This document shows, piece by piece, positions 49,035-60,954 of a stretch of DNA of 64,000 nt. The stretch lies in contig BAAIJX010000035.1 in NCBI GenBank assembly GCA_054600435.1, forward strand, positions 1-64,000, read 5' to 3'. The notes under the pieces are model-generated. The model was not told where the DNA came from. It made no database searches and was given only the letters and a program-made list of their open reading frames with translations. Source of the DNA: Neophaeotheca triangularis (taxonomy: Eukaryota). Position 1 is the stretch's first letter; every line of letters starts with the position of its first letter. A program made the translations under genes and the position numbers.

Positions 49035-49958
49035 TCAGTACGTCGCAGGCAGCTGAGCCAACCTCCCACCATCCGTCACAGTAGTTTCTCCGTTCAGATA
49101 AGCCCCCGCCCGACTCGCCATGAACAAAACCACGCCAGCAAAGTCCTGCTCACTACCCGTCCTCCCAGCGGGACTCCTCTCCACCGGCATGACAGCAGCG
49201 TCTCCAAAAACGCCATCATGGCCAGGCACGCCTCCAAACTTCTCCATCTGCGAGACCGAGCCCTGGGTCATCTCGCTAGGGTAGAGACCCGGGGCGATGA
49301 GATTGACGCGGATCTTGAAACCATTCTGAGCAAACGAAGTACTGAGCATTTTCACGAGGTGGTTACAGGCAGCTTTTGAAGTTGAGTAGGCGTAGCTGGA
49401 CGCCAGCTGTCGACTGAAGCCTGCTATTGAGGAAGTCACTAGTACCTGGCTGTCTTGGGGTACATTGCGTTTCTTGTTGCCGGCGTCGAGGAGACCGAGG
49501 AAGGCGAGCACGGTGTAATAGACGCCAGTGCAGTTGACATGGAGCGCCTTGGTGAATTGGTCCGTTTCAGGTTGCCAGAGAGTCTTTTGATAGTCTTCAA
49601 TGGTGGGTTTTGAACCGTCGTCTCTCTTGAGGGGGGCAGCGTCTTTGGGGCCTGAGACGCCCGCATTCGCGAAGAGCAAGTTCACATAACCTTGTTCATT
49701 TTTGATTTGCTCGACGATTTTGGAGAGAGAGTCCTTGTCTGTTACGTCGCCAACGATTGGCTTGATTGTGCCGTTGACTCCGGTCTTCGCGGCTTCTTGT
49801 AGAGTATCATTCCGGCGGCCTATGATGTAGACTGCTTTGGCACCGTTGTTGTCGAATGCGCGAGCGGCGTACAATCCTAGACCACTTCCACCACCACTGA
49901 TGACGATGATCATCCCGTCCACATTGAAGAGGTCTTGAGCTTTGTTTGACGGCGCCAT
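49035..49958 (-). CDS. Short-chain dehydrogenase/reductase
   Basis: SGGGSGLG, NAGV, YSTSK, IRVNLIAPG, TDGG. Confidence 0.95.
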   Translation of the reverse strand: MAPSNKAQDLFNVDGMIIVISGGGSGLGLYAARAFDNNGAKAVYIIGRRNDTLQEAAKTGVNGTIKPIVGDVTDKDSLSKIVEQIKNEQGYVNLLFANAGVSGPKDAAPLKRDDGSKPTIEDYQKTLWQPETDQFTKALHVNCTGVYYTVLAFLGLLDAGNKKRNVPQDSQVLVTSSIAGFSRQLASSYAYSTSKAACNHLVKMLSTSFAQNGFKIRVNLIAPGLYPSEMTQGSVSQMEKFGGVPGHDGVFGDAAVMPVERSPAGRTGSEQDFAGVVLFMASRAGAYLNGETTVTDGGRLAQLPATY

Positions 49959-51088
49959 GTTCTCGGTCGACGTTTTCTATTCTATGAAGGTATCAAATGT
50001 GTGCAGGCTTCGGGAAGTTTTATTGGAGGAGCTGTAAATCGAGAAGATGAAGTCGAAGTTGATAGCCACAAGCTCGCCCAGTGCTCACCCGAGCGAGGCG
50101 TCCTCGGCAAGCTGTCGTGGTAGTAGCGGGCAGATCAACCTCCTACCTCTCCAAACCCACCTCACGTTGCAGACGATGCAACACCGACCTTTCCTTGGAA
50201 GAAGACCCCAAGGCCGGGGACAAGCGAACAGAATAAATCCTCTTACGTGGCCTCCAAATCTGTCAATTATTGTCGGCTCTTCCAGGACACACATTCGGCT
50301 GTACCGTAGCCAGCTGCACGCCGACATATTTCCACGAGCCATATTTCCACGAGCCATCATTGCAGGTCATCCACACCGAACTGAATATCAGAGCAATAGA
50401 GGGCATCACCGCAGCGTGCCGGCGCGAACTTGAAAGGCGCGAGAGGCTGAGCGTATATATGCTCAATCGGCTGGCCGCCCTGTCCAAGCTACCCCTGCTA
50501 CTCCTTTCAGGCCGAGCGTGCAGCAAAGTCCGAAAAGATGCCTTTTCCATGGACTACAGATTGCCATATTACTACCTAGGTAGTGTAATGGCTCTTTGGA
50601 TTGTGTCGCTGGATCTTGCACCTGTTTGCTGCCTGATCATGATGTCGAGAGTTGGATGATTATTATACAACAGATCGGATACCTTATGTTCTATTTTTTC
50701 TTCGCAAGGCTTCGGCCCGGTGAATTCCATTCTCCACAAGGGCTTGCTCACGGATCAAACGGCAGCACCAACGCTCAACACGCGCCTCGAGAGCACTTTC
50801 GCCGCACTTTAACGCTGCCCCTGGAGATAAGATGATGGAACCGAGTGTTTTCGTAAAGAAGTCTGCGTCAGCCAGCTCGGCCCCAGGCGTAAAGGAGAAG
50901 CGCGACGCGCCACCACGCATTTGGGGAAGTCGTTGCTTAAGCACTTTTTCTGTGACGCTTGTCGACATCCACTGGCATGTCTTGTCAATGCTTGTCCCTC
51001 TTCGGCGGTTGATATTGCTCTCGTTACCTCCTCTTACTATCGTGTGAGTTGTGCTGTTTCTTGTTTTCTGTTTCTCGTTGGGCTCGCA

Positions 51089-53525
51089 ATGCTCGTTTCT
51101 TCGCTACTCGGCCTCCTGGCCTGCTCGCCGTCCTTGCTTGTCGAAGCTGTCGAGCTTGACGTTGACGATGCTTCGTCGATCAAGGATGCGGTAAGCAAAC
51201 TTGCCTATAATACGATGTTAGTTTTCAAAGCTTCGACACTTCTTCCATACGCTACTACTGGTTCCTGACAATAAGCGATTAGCTCGTATTACAGCGGAAA
51301 CGAGACCGGCGACAACCCTGGAAATGTTCCCGACCCGTACGTCCATTCGATTCCGGGCATGGCGATCGCACACTCACCGTTCGCAGGTACTATTGGTGGG
51401 AAGGTGAGGAGAAGAGATCCTGAGTAAACTTTGGCATACACATTGCTAAGGCTGGGTCAAAAGGGGGTGCGATGTTCGGAGAGATGGTGAATTACTGGTA
51501 TTACACCGGTAAGTACTGTGCTTGGAGCAGTGCCGGAAGGGTTTGGGTTGGATGCTTCGGTTGATGCTTGGCTTGGTGCGAGGATGTCAACCATCAGGGC
51601 GGAGATACAAGAGTATTAAATGCCAACAAAGAGGAGGGCTGTGGGAGCGCAGTACGGTACCATGGCCAGCGGAAAGAGGTGGCACCGTGCACGGCGACTG
51701 AAGAGCTGGCATGGGCACGGGGACCAGAGTGATAGGCTCGGTGGCGGGAAAGGTATCAGCAAGAGAATGGAGACGACAGGTTATTTCGGGCGTGGCTCCG
51801 ACAACGATCGTGGAAGTGATACCGACAGCGGAACCATGTCGCAGTTGGCCGACAATCCAAGACATCGCCGACCTTGGCTTGACCAGTTGGGCACACTGAG
51901 CCCAGCTTGCGAGGGAACGGTACTTGGTAGTTTTTGATGCTAATACAGCAGCCCAGGCGACGACTCAAACAACCCAGCGGTCACACAAGCTCTTCTCTCG
52001 CAAATTGGCGCCGACGAGGACTTTATGCCACGAAATCAGACCAAGAGTCTGGGAAAGTAAGTCTCCTATTCTCACACGTCGCAACACAGTTGCTGACCTC
52101 CATCAAGTGACGACCAGGTACGCACAATCGCCACGACTTCTCAGCTCTAGCTAGAGAAGACTTACAATGAGGGTCGCCATGATACAGATGCAACTGACAT
52201 AGTGCCAAAGGTATTCTGGGCGTTCTCAGCATTAAACGCAGCAGAGTACAACTACCCGCCACCCGAAGGCGACAATCCCTCCTGGTTAGCGCTGGCTCAA
52301 GCCGTCTTCAACGAACAGACGGAGCGCTGGGATACCTCTACTTGTGGAGGAGGACTAAGATGGCAGGTATTCACCTTCAATGCCGGATATGAATACAAGA
52401 ACAGCGTTTCGAATCTTGGGCTCTTCCAATTGAGCGCCCGTCTAGCGCGCTACACTGGCAACGACACCTATGTCGATTGGTGAGCTAGCTATCGTTCGAT
52501 TTCAAGCAGACCTATACTGACTTGTAGACAGGGCAGAAAAGACCTGGGATTGGTTCAGCGGATCGATCTTGTTCGATAACGACGGCTACCGCGTTTTTGA
52601 TGGAGCTTCGGACACCCTCAATTGTACTGAGGTAGGCACCTGCTCACTAGGAACCCTCCAAAGGCTCCATGCAGCTTCGCTAACCATTGATTCATGCAGG
52701 CGGACCACACCCAGTGGACAGTGAGTTTGGATAGGCGTTACGATTGTCACGTCTGGAGGCTGACCCGCGCGCTTGCAGTACAACTACGGTTCAGCCATCG
52801 CTGGACTAGCCTATATCTACAACGCGGTAAGTAGCCTACTCCCCTCAACCCGCAAGGCCTGTAGCTAACATGATGTGATGCAGACCGAAAACGAGAAGTG
52901 GCTTGATCCTTTGGACGGGTTGCTCAACACTACATTCAGGAGCTTCTTCCCCGAATCTATGGGCGACAAGATAATGGTGGAAGTGGCCTGTCAGCCGATA
53001 GGGAATTGTAACGAGGACGTAGGTGTGCCCACGGAAGCGTGCGGGTGAACTTGCATGACTGATTCATCTCTGCAGCAACTATCATTTAGATCTTATCTCG
53101 CACGGTGGCTAGCAGTCACCACTCAGCTTGTCCCAGCCCTGGCAGACAGGATATGGCCATACCTCATAGCATCAGCCGAAGGCGCCGCAGCCCAGTGTAC
53201 CGGCGGGGCAAACAATCAGCTGTGCGGCGCCGAGTGGAACTCTACGACTTGGGACGGGACTCAAGGAATGGGCGAGGCGATGTCAGCGTTGGCTGTTGTG
53301 CAAAGCATGATGTTGCGTGTTGATAAAGATCTCAAACCACCTTATACCCTCGACACAGGAGGCAAGAGTGAGAGCAACCCGGACGCCGGTACAGATCATA
53401 AAGAAGACCCGACGAGGCTAGAGATACCCAAGGAAGTCACAACAGGCGATAAAGCTGGGGCTGGCATTTTGACGGCAATTGTACTCATTACAATATTGGG
53501 GGGGTCCTACTGGATAGTCACATAA
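51089..53525 (+). CDS. GH76 alpha-1,6-mannanase/transglycosidase (Dcw1/Dfg5 family), 12 exons
   Basis: Signal peptide; spliced motifs [53 protein letters not shown]-terminal [10 protein letters not shown] anchor signal. Confidence 0.9.
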
Positions 53526-53888
53526 ACCGTACCCATTGCGTTGTGACCAATACTTTGCGGTTAGATAGATTTTTAGATACCAGTAGACCGTTGAAATTAC
53601 CTTCTTGAGGTCAATGCTTGACGACGATCGTGCTGCCACGCAAAAGAGGATGTCTATCATCACAGAGCGGTGATCCAGGAGAGCGAATACCTGTTTGGCA
53701 TGATCACGTGACACTGATGTGCCAAGATTTACTGCGGAAACTGCCGAGGTGGAGCCAGCCAGCCCACACTGCAGGTGGAACTTTGCGATTTCAGCTTCAC
53801 TTCTCAAAACTTCTCTTCTTGCCAGGCGCAGCGAAGCACCGAACATTGTCAACTTCAATTCCCCGGACCTCGACAACCACCAGCCAAC

Positions 53889-55021
53889 ATGGTAAGCATC
53901 TCTGGAGCAACGTGAGGCACTGTAGTACGCCTCTGCAGTTGACGCGAGTCGCAGCATGCGGAACCGAGTGACCTGGAAATTCCACTGCAGGCTCTGAGGA
54001 GTTTGCTGGTGATGATGAATGGCTTGAGCCGTCGCAGTTGGCAGCAATGCCTCGCGCAGTCTCTTTAGAGCAAGAACAGTTGACTGACTGTTCTTCTCAA
54101 TGACAGCCCCCAAAGACTGGCAAGAAGGCCGCGCCGGCCCCCTTCCCTCAGACGAAGGCGGGTGTGAGCAAGAAGCAGGCCAAGGTACGTTTAATAACCC
54201 GACAACCACCACACTAATCTTTAAACGAGCATACTGATTTCCTCTTCCTTGTAGAACCCTCTGATCGAGCGCCGCCCCAAGAACTTCGGCATCGGCCAGG
54301 ACATCCAGCCTAAGCGCAACCTGTCTCGCTTCGTCAAATGGCCCGAGTACGTGCGCCTGCAGCGCCAGCGCAAGATCCTCAACATGCGCCTGAAGGTTCC
54401 CCCGTCGATCGCCCAGTTCGCCAACACTCTCGACCGTAACACCGCCGCCCAGACCTTCAAGTTCTTGAACAAGTACCGCCCTGAGACCAAGGCCGAGAAG
54501 AAGGAGCGCATCCACAAGGAGGCCACCGCTGTCTCCGAGGGCAAGAAGAAGGAGGACGTCAGCAAGAAGCCGTACACCGTCAAGTACGGTCTCAACCACG
54601 TCGTTGCGCTCATTGAGGCGAAGAAGACCGCTCTTGTGCTCATCCCCAACGACGTCGACCCTATCGAGCTCGTCATCTTCCTTCCCGCTCTGTGCAGGAA
54701 GATGGGTGTCCCATACGCCATCGTCAAGGGCAAGGCCCGTCTCGGCACGGTCGTCCACAAGAAGGTAAGCAGGATCTCAGGCCACTTACTTAAGATACCC
54801 TTACTAACGTTCAATGAAAGACCGCCGCTGTCTTGGCCATCACTGAGGTCCGCAGCGAGGACAAGTCTGAGCTTAGCAAGCTCGTCTCCGCCATCAAGGA
54901 GGGCTACATGGAGAAGAACGAGGATGCCAAGCGTCACTGGGGTGGTGGTATCATGGGTGCCAAGGCTGTTGACGCCCAGAAGAAGAAGCAGAAGGCTCTC
55001 GACAGCGCCATCAAGATATAG
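53889..55021 (+). CDS. RPL8: 60S ribosomal protein eL8 (L7a); introns 53892-54106, 54185-54254, 54764-54820
   Basis: [62 protein letters not shown]; strong codon bias. Confidence 0.97.
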
Positions 55022-55601
55022 ATGCTTTGAAAATTCAAAAGGCTCATCTTAGCCTTAGCATCATATTTGAACCTTTGATGCAATTGGAGTTGCGGCGTAG
55101 AGACTACCCCGGCTGCTAGCATTTTCATGAATCACAAGCGTAACGACGAGAATCAATGCTTGTGAACCCTTCCCGCTCTCGTCTTGATCAGTGCCGATTC
55201 TCCTGTCTTGTAGGTAGCAGAGGCATTACGCCCGGAAAACATATTGCCAAGCAATAAGCGTGATCTCCTGATTCCCCTGTCCTTGACTTCACCTCGTTTG
55301 TATCTACGGGACGGTATGACAGCAGCCTATTATAGTCCAATGGATTCTGCTCTCACGATCCTCGAACATGGTGGTGCTTCTGCCAAAGGATAATAGGACA
55401 GTGCCCAGAGGCCTTCGTCCCACGGGCGAATCTGTCATGGCTCCTAGCCGACATCGCAGGCCGAAGCTAAGCGCTATCGTAGCTACAAGGTAGGAGAGCA
55501 AGCTAGTCACGGCTGTGTACAAAGCATACTTATGTTGTTGGAGTCCACATCGACAAGACTCAGAATCTAAGTACAATCAGACTAACCAAGAAAGAATTCC
55601 A

Positions 55602-56906
55602 ATGCCTCTAACAGTACTGAAAGATGCCGATGTATCGCGCATCCTACACTCTCTCACTCAAGACGATGTACTAAAGCTCCAATCTACCTTCGCAGATGCA
55701 CTGCATTGGTACAGCACCTCTGCTGATGCGAACGACTGCTGCTCTGACTATCAGCCCGAGCGCACTGTCCTGGAACGAAAAGATGGGAGTACCAGTATTT
55801 TCATGCCGGCGAGCGGGATGTCAGGGCAAGGCGTCAAGGTAGTAAACGCGGCCGCACCTTCCGGGACCACCAACAAGGCCTCGCAGCCATCGCATATAGG
55901 GTCAGATAAGACCGAAGGCGACACTAAGGTGTCTGTGGATAACCTTGCGCCTAATCGCCCCCTTCCTAAAGCAGACAGCACGATCAAAGGAAGCCTTACG
56001 CTACTCGACGCCGCCGGCAACACGACAGGTCTCCTGAACGCTGAAGAGATAACAGCCTTCCGCACAGCCCTCGCTTCTTCTCTCCTGTTCGCTAAGCGTG
56101 AGAAGGTCCACGACGTAACCGTTTTCGGCGGCGGGAAGCAAGCCTACTGGCACATCCGACTGGCCCTTTTGCTCAAAGGCTCGGACATTCATCACTTGAA
56201 CATTGTGACTCGAAACTTCGAAACCGCCAGAGCGTGCTTCATGCGTCTCAACAACCCACAGCCAGATGACCCAGACTTTGACAACCACGTAGGCCATGAC
56301 AAGCTGCAACGAAACATCCTCACCCCGAGCCATAAGGAGTACGATCGTATACTAAAAGACTATATTCGCGCCTCTAATGTTATCTTCGGCACTACACCGT
56401 CAACAACGCCACACTTCCCTGCCTCCTATCTGCTCAACCCAGGTGGCAGAAAGAAGGGTCGCTACATTGCGCTGATAGGCTCTTACAAACCGCACATGGT
56501 GGAGTTGGACCCGGCTGTACTCAAGGACGCAGTGGCGCCGCATCACGAGCACAGGCACTTGCACAAGAGGCAGCAGGAAGGCGGTTGCGTTGTCGTTGAT
56601 AACATCGCTGGGTGCATGAAGGAAGCAGGGGAGATTATTCAGGCTGGTCTCAGTGCTGAGCAAGTGGTAGAACTTGGCGAGTTGTTCATGCTGAAGAAGC
56701 AGGCGGAGGAGAGGAATAAGGAGAGTGGGGTCCAGCTGCAAGATAGTGGCGAGAAGGAAAAAGACAGGAGCTTGAGAGATTGGTTGGTCAAAGGAAATGT
56801 TTTGTTCAAGTGCGTTGGTTTTGGACTGATGGATGTTCTTGTTGGAGCGGAATTGGTAGAGTTGGCGAGACAGAGGAAGATTGGAGTGACGATCGATGAC
56901 TTCTGA
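55602..56906 (+). CDS. Ornithine cyclodeaminase/mu-crystallin family protein (PrnX-like)
   Basis: NAEEITAFRTALAS, VFGGGKQAYWH, IGSYKPHMVE, FKCVGFGLMD. Confidence 0.85.
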   Translation: MPLTVLKDADVSRILHSLTQDDVLKLQSTFADALHWYSTSADANDCCSDYQPERTVLERKDGSTSIFMPASGMSGQGVKVVNAAAPSGTTNKASQPSHIGSDKTEGDTKVSVDNLAPNRPLPKADSTIKGSLTLLDAAGNTTGLLNAEEITAFRTALASSLLFAKREKVHDVTVFGGGKQAYWHIRLALLLKGSDIHHLNIVTRNFETARACFMRLNNPQPDDPDFDNHVGHDKLQRNILTPSHKEYDRILKDYIRASNVIFGTTPSTTPHFPASYLLNPGGRKKGRYIALIGSYKPHMVELDPAVLKDAVAPHHEHRHLHKRQQEGGCVVVDNIAGCMKEAGEIIQAGLSAEQVVELGELFMLKKQAEERNKESGVQLQDSGEKEKDRSLRDWLVKGNVLFKCVGFGLMDVLVGAELVELARQRKIGVTIDDF

Positions 56907-57301
56907 GCAGGACCGATGCTTCATGACTGGTTCCTTTGAATAGCCAGCTTCATTCGGGTTATTGTACATGTTTCGACAGCACTTCATGCGACAATCACTG
57001 TCGCTCGCCGGACCTTGTACAGGCCTTCGCTCGTTTCTGATGGCAGTAGGCATGTTCCCCTTTCTTTTGCGCAAATCCATTGGGTCTGCATACGCGCAAC
57101 TTCGCACGAGCTTCGCGTTCGCGTCGATACGCATCTCAAACAAAAGCTCGCACTGGAGCTTGCCGTGGTATCTCCGATAATCGAATTCTGTCGGTGCAGT
57201 CTGATTCAGGAATAGTCGATAGGCGCTCGCGGTATCGGCGTGTCGAAGCCTCGTTCGTGGCCTAGCCCGGCGGTAATTCATATTGTCCACGCATACAGCG
57301 C

Positions 57302-57696
57302 TCACTTCTGCTCTCCATACATCTCCACATGCTCCTTCCATCTCCTCAAGTACTCCTTGCCGTCCAAAGCTCCCCCTTCCAGACCCTTGAAGTCCTCGTT
57401 TCTAGGTTCGATACGTTTGGCGACAAAAGGTTTCAGCTGCACCGTGCCCGTTAATATGCCACATCTTACTTAGAGAAGAGACCAGACGTGCGGTTACGAG
57501 ATCGACTTACACTGGAAGCGCTGGTGTCTGGGCAGACATATGTACGCACTTTATGCCATTCGATGATGTATCCGCCATGCTTGGTGTGCCGGCCCATGGA
57601 TCCTGTGCCAGTACCTTTGTAGTAATCTTTGCCAGCCTGTTTGGTGTTTAGGGCTAGACGCGCAATCTTGCGGCCGAGAATGGGTGAGGGACGCAT
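57302..57696 (-). CDS. MRPL27: Mitochondrial ribosomal protein mL41 (one intron ~57437-57510)
   Basis: [46 protein letters not shown]. Confidence 0.92.
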
Positions 57697-57963
57697 GACG
57701 GCAGGTATCGACTGTAGCAACCGGGTGAATGGTGTATCCTATAGCTTTACGGATCTCGTCGTCGTTGTTGTAAGAGGGTATTGGTTGGGCTCGAGATGCC
57801 TGCGGACCTCTCGGGAGTGAGCAGGGGCCAAGTTGATACTGCAGCCAAGATTTCGAAACTTTAAGGTTATCACAGCTGCTCGAGACCGCATGTCAAGCGG
57901 CAAATTTCTAAATGCCTCTTTGAATCGCCGTCTCATCTTGACGGTCAACAATACTCTGCAAAT

Positions 57964-60954
57964 ATGGGTCCGAGAGTCGCACGCGCTTCGACGAGCGCCG
58001 CTGCGCCCAAAACGGCCAAGAACAAGAACCGCAAACGCAATCTTGATGCTTACGCCATCGCCTCGCATTCTGCGCCTGAAAAGCTACGAATGCGCCAACA
58101 CCGTCTGGGTGAAACGATCGATGACAACCCCCGCCAGAAACGTCGACGTCTACAGGATGATGACGAAGATAGTGAGGGAGAAGAGCACCTGGACAGTGCA
58201 AGGAGACGGCAGGAGAGAAACGTAACGAAGCGTACCGGCACTGGAGTGAACGGAGGACTGGGCGGTGCCAATGAGGACGCCGAAGAAGGCAGCGACAGCT
58301 CTGGAAATGAGTGGACGATGGGTGGCCTAGCCGAGGATGACGACGATAGCGAACTGGACTCGGATGAGGCTTTTGGGAGTAGCGATGAAGAGAGGTTTGA
58401 AGGTTTTACTTTCCGCGGCTCCAGCAGCAACAAAGGCAAGAAGAAGACGAAAAAGTCTGGAAAGTCAAAGGGTGGTGACATTGATCTGGACGAAGGCGAG
58501 AGCGAGCAAGAGGAGGAAGACGATGACGACGAGAGTCTTGGCGAAGATGCTGTCGATTTGGCTACAATGCTGGACGACGATGTGGATGATGAACAGCTAG
58601 GGGGAAAGGACAAGACCACGCAGGATCTTGGTGAAGAAAGTGCTGAAGAATCTGGCTCGGAGGAAGACGATGAAGGTAGCGATGATGAGTCCGACGATGC
58701 TCTGTCCGATGAAAACGACGATCATGTTGACGAGGAGGGACTTTCCCGCCTTCGCGACTTTGTCGACACTCTCAACGACGAGGTTGGGGATGGCAAGGAT
58801 AATAAGAAGCGCTCCGAGGACAAAGTCCATGCCAACCAGACCCTCAGCCTGGATGATCTCTTGGGTAACAGCAACGACCCATCAGTTCAAAAATCTATCA
58901 AGTCGATCCAAAAGCCGACTCGCAAAGCCAAGGGCGTCGAAACTTTGGCTCCTGCGCTACCTAAGCGCCAACAGGATCGCATCGATCGGGAGGTAGCTTC
59001 AAAGAAAGCAAAGGAGCAGCTCGATCGTTGGCGCGATACAGTCATCCAGAACCGCCGAGCCGACTTTTTGCAGTTTCCACTTGCAGACCCTAATGCCAAG
59101 GAACCTGTAGGCAAGGACAAATTCACCACAACGTCTTTGCAGGACAAACCCAGGACCGAGTTGGAAGAGAGCATTCAAAAGATTATGGAAGAGAGTGGCA
59201 TGGCTTCCAAACCGGGCCAGAAGCCTGCCGATGAAGAAGGCGATCTGCTGAAGAGCGAAGAACTGGCGACCAACAAGCTACCCATCGAGGAGGTCATGAA
59301 GCGTCGCAGTCAACTGCGGAAGGCACGAGAGCTATTGTTCCAGGAGGAGAAAAAGGCTAAGCGGATCTCGAAGATCAAGTCCAAGAGTTATCGTCGCGTG
59401 CACCGCAAGCAGCGTGAGCGGGAGGCTGAGAAGAACAGGGAGCTCATGGGCTCAGATATGGACGAGGACGAGAAGGAGCGCGCTGATCGTATGAGAGCAG
59501 AGGAACGAATGGGTGCCAAACATCGCAACTCGAAGTGGTCTCGAAGTGTCAAGGCCACCAATCGCGCCGCTTGGGATGACGACGCGAGGGAGGGTGTCCA
59601 CGACATGGCTAGGAGAAACGAAGATCTGAGGCGGCGAATTGCCGGGAAAGAAGTCAGCGATGACGACCATTCGGGGGTTTCCTCTGATGATGACGAGTCC
59701 GCCGATGGTGAAGACCAAGGCGATGCCAAAACGCTGAAGCAATTACAGAATGTGAAAGGAAGCGATGTTGCGCCGGAGAAAGGCCTAGGTGCGATGAAGT
59801 TTATGCGTGCTGCCGACGAGCGTAGGCGCGCGCAGAACGACGAGGATGCGGAGAGGCTTCGTAAAGAGTTGGTTGGCGAAGACAGCGACGACAAGGAACA
59901 AGATGAGAGTCTAGGCCGAGCGATCTTTGGGCCCAAGTCGAAGGGTGCCGGTGCAGCCCTGAAGCCGAAACGACCTGAGATGGAGGAAGCAGTACTTTCC
60001 GAGGACGAGGAGTCTGGGGAACTTGCGCCAGCACCTACCACAACGGACAATCAGGCGAGAAAACAGCAGCAGCCCAAGAGCACCATGATGAAGGGCGACG
60101 GCAGCGGTCCTTTATCCAGAGCTGCTGTGCCTGATAGGCGTGACGTTTCGCAAACGCAATCTTCGAGACAGCAACAGGACGATGGAGATGCGGTCAGCAG
60201 CTGGCTCGCTCCAAAGTCAAAGAAGGCGAAGAAAGCGACCTCGCGGGACGCCGAATCCGAAGGGGGCCTCCTAACCACCAAAGACGTCTCGAAGCCCGTG
60301 AGCAAGGAACCGAAACCCGACAAAACCGCCAAATCTAACGCCAAACGAGAAACCGCCTCCACGGCGCCCAACACAGACGGCTGGCAAACTGTTCCCTACA
60401 GCAACGCAGAAGAAGGCGAGGCTTCCGACGCCGACTCTGAAGCAGCCGCTCAACCCCTCGTCTCAGGCAAAGCCGGCAACAACAAGAAATCCATGCACAA
60501 TCGTGTCTTCGCCTCAGACGACGTGCAATCGGCTTTCGCGGCGGAAAAAGCCGACCTCGCCGCCTCCGAGGACGAAAAAGAAACCTCCAACCACCTTCCC
60601 GGCTGGGGCAGCTGGGCCGGCACCGGGCTGAGCAAACGCACCGCCAAGCACAACAAGAAGATCGCGCACAACCCGCTCCACAAGACCAAAGTCGCGGGTA
60701 CGAAACAGGAGCACCGTCGGGATAAAGGAAGGGAGGATGTGATTATTAGCGAGAAGCAGGACCGCAAGGGGAAGAAGTACATGGCGCCTGTGCTGCCGCA
60801 TGGGTTTGAGAAGGCCGACGAGTATGAGCGCAGTTTGAGGGTGCCGGTTGGGCCCGAGTGGACCACCAAGGAGACTTTCCAGAAGGGCACCAAGCCTAGG
60901 GTTGTGGTTAAGCCCGGTGCTGTCGTTGAGGCTATGGAAAGGCCTTTGGTGTAG
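57964..60954 (+). CDS. UTP14: U3 snoRNA-associated SSU processome protein Utp14
   Basis: KAKRISKIKSKSYRRVHRK, RAEERMGAKH, LPGWGSWAG, YERSLRVPVGPEW. Confidence 0.95.
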   Translation: MGPRVARASTSAAAPKTAKNKNRKRNLDAYAIASHSAPEKLRMRQHRLGETIDDNPRQKRRRLQDDDEDSEGEEHLDSARRRQERNVTKRTGTGVNGGLGGANEDAEEGSDSSGNEWTMGGLAEDDDDSELDSDEAFGSSDEERFEGFTFRGSSSNKGKKKTKKSGKSKGGDIDLDEGESEQEEEDDDDESLGEDAVDLATMLDDDVDDEQLGGKDKTTQDLGEESAEESGSEEDDEGSDDESDDALSDENDDHVDEEGLSRLRDFVDTLNDEVGDGKDNKKRSEDKVHANQTLSLDDLLGNSNDPSVQKSIKSIQKPTRKAKGVETLAPALPKRQQDRIDREVASKKAKEQLDRWRDTVIQNRRADFLQFPLADPNAKEPVGKDKFTTTSLQDKPRTELEESIQKIMEESGMASKPGQKPADEEGDLLKSEELATNKLPIEEVMKRRSQLRKARELLFQEEKKAKRISKIKSKSYRRVHRKQREREAEKNRELMGSDMDEDEKERADRMRAEERMGAKHRNSKWSRSVKATNRAAWDDDAREGVHDMARRNEDLRRRIAGKEVSDDDHSGVSSDDDESADGEDQGDAKTLKQLQNVKGSDVAPEKGLGAMKFMRAADERRRAQNDEDAERLRKELVGEDSDDKEQDESLGRAIFGPKSKGAGAALKPKRPEMEEAVLSEDEESGELAPAPTTTDNQARKQQQPKSTMMKGDGSGPLSRAAVPDRRDVSQTQSSRQQQDDGDAVSSWLAPKSKKAKKATSRDAESEGGLLTTKDVSKPVSKEPKPDKTAKSNAKRETASTAPNTDGWQTVPYSNAEEGEASDADSEAAAQPLVSGKAGNNKKSMHNRVFASDDVQSAFAAEKADLAASEDEKETSNHLPGWGSWAGTGLSKRTAKHNKKIAHNPLHKTKVAGTKQEHRRDKGREDVIISEKQDRKGKKYMAPVLPHGFEKADEYERSLRVPVGPEWTTKETFQKGTKPRVVVKPGAVVEAMERPLV

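Noticed and set aside
54012..54087. C/D box snoRNA in RPL8 intron 1 (ATGATGA...CTGA)
   Set aside because: The CTGA coincides with the branch point, there is no terminal stem, and I recognised no rRNA guide; a snoRNA scan would be needed.
53418..54937. Long minus-strand ORFs (446 aa and 238 aa)
   Set aside because: Antisense shadows of the codon-biased RPL8 gene.
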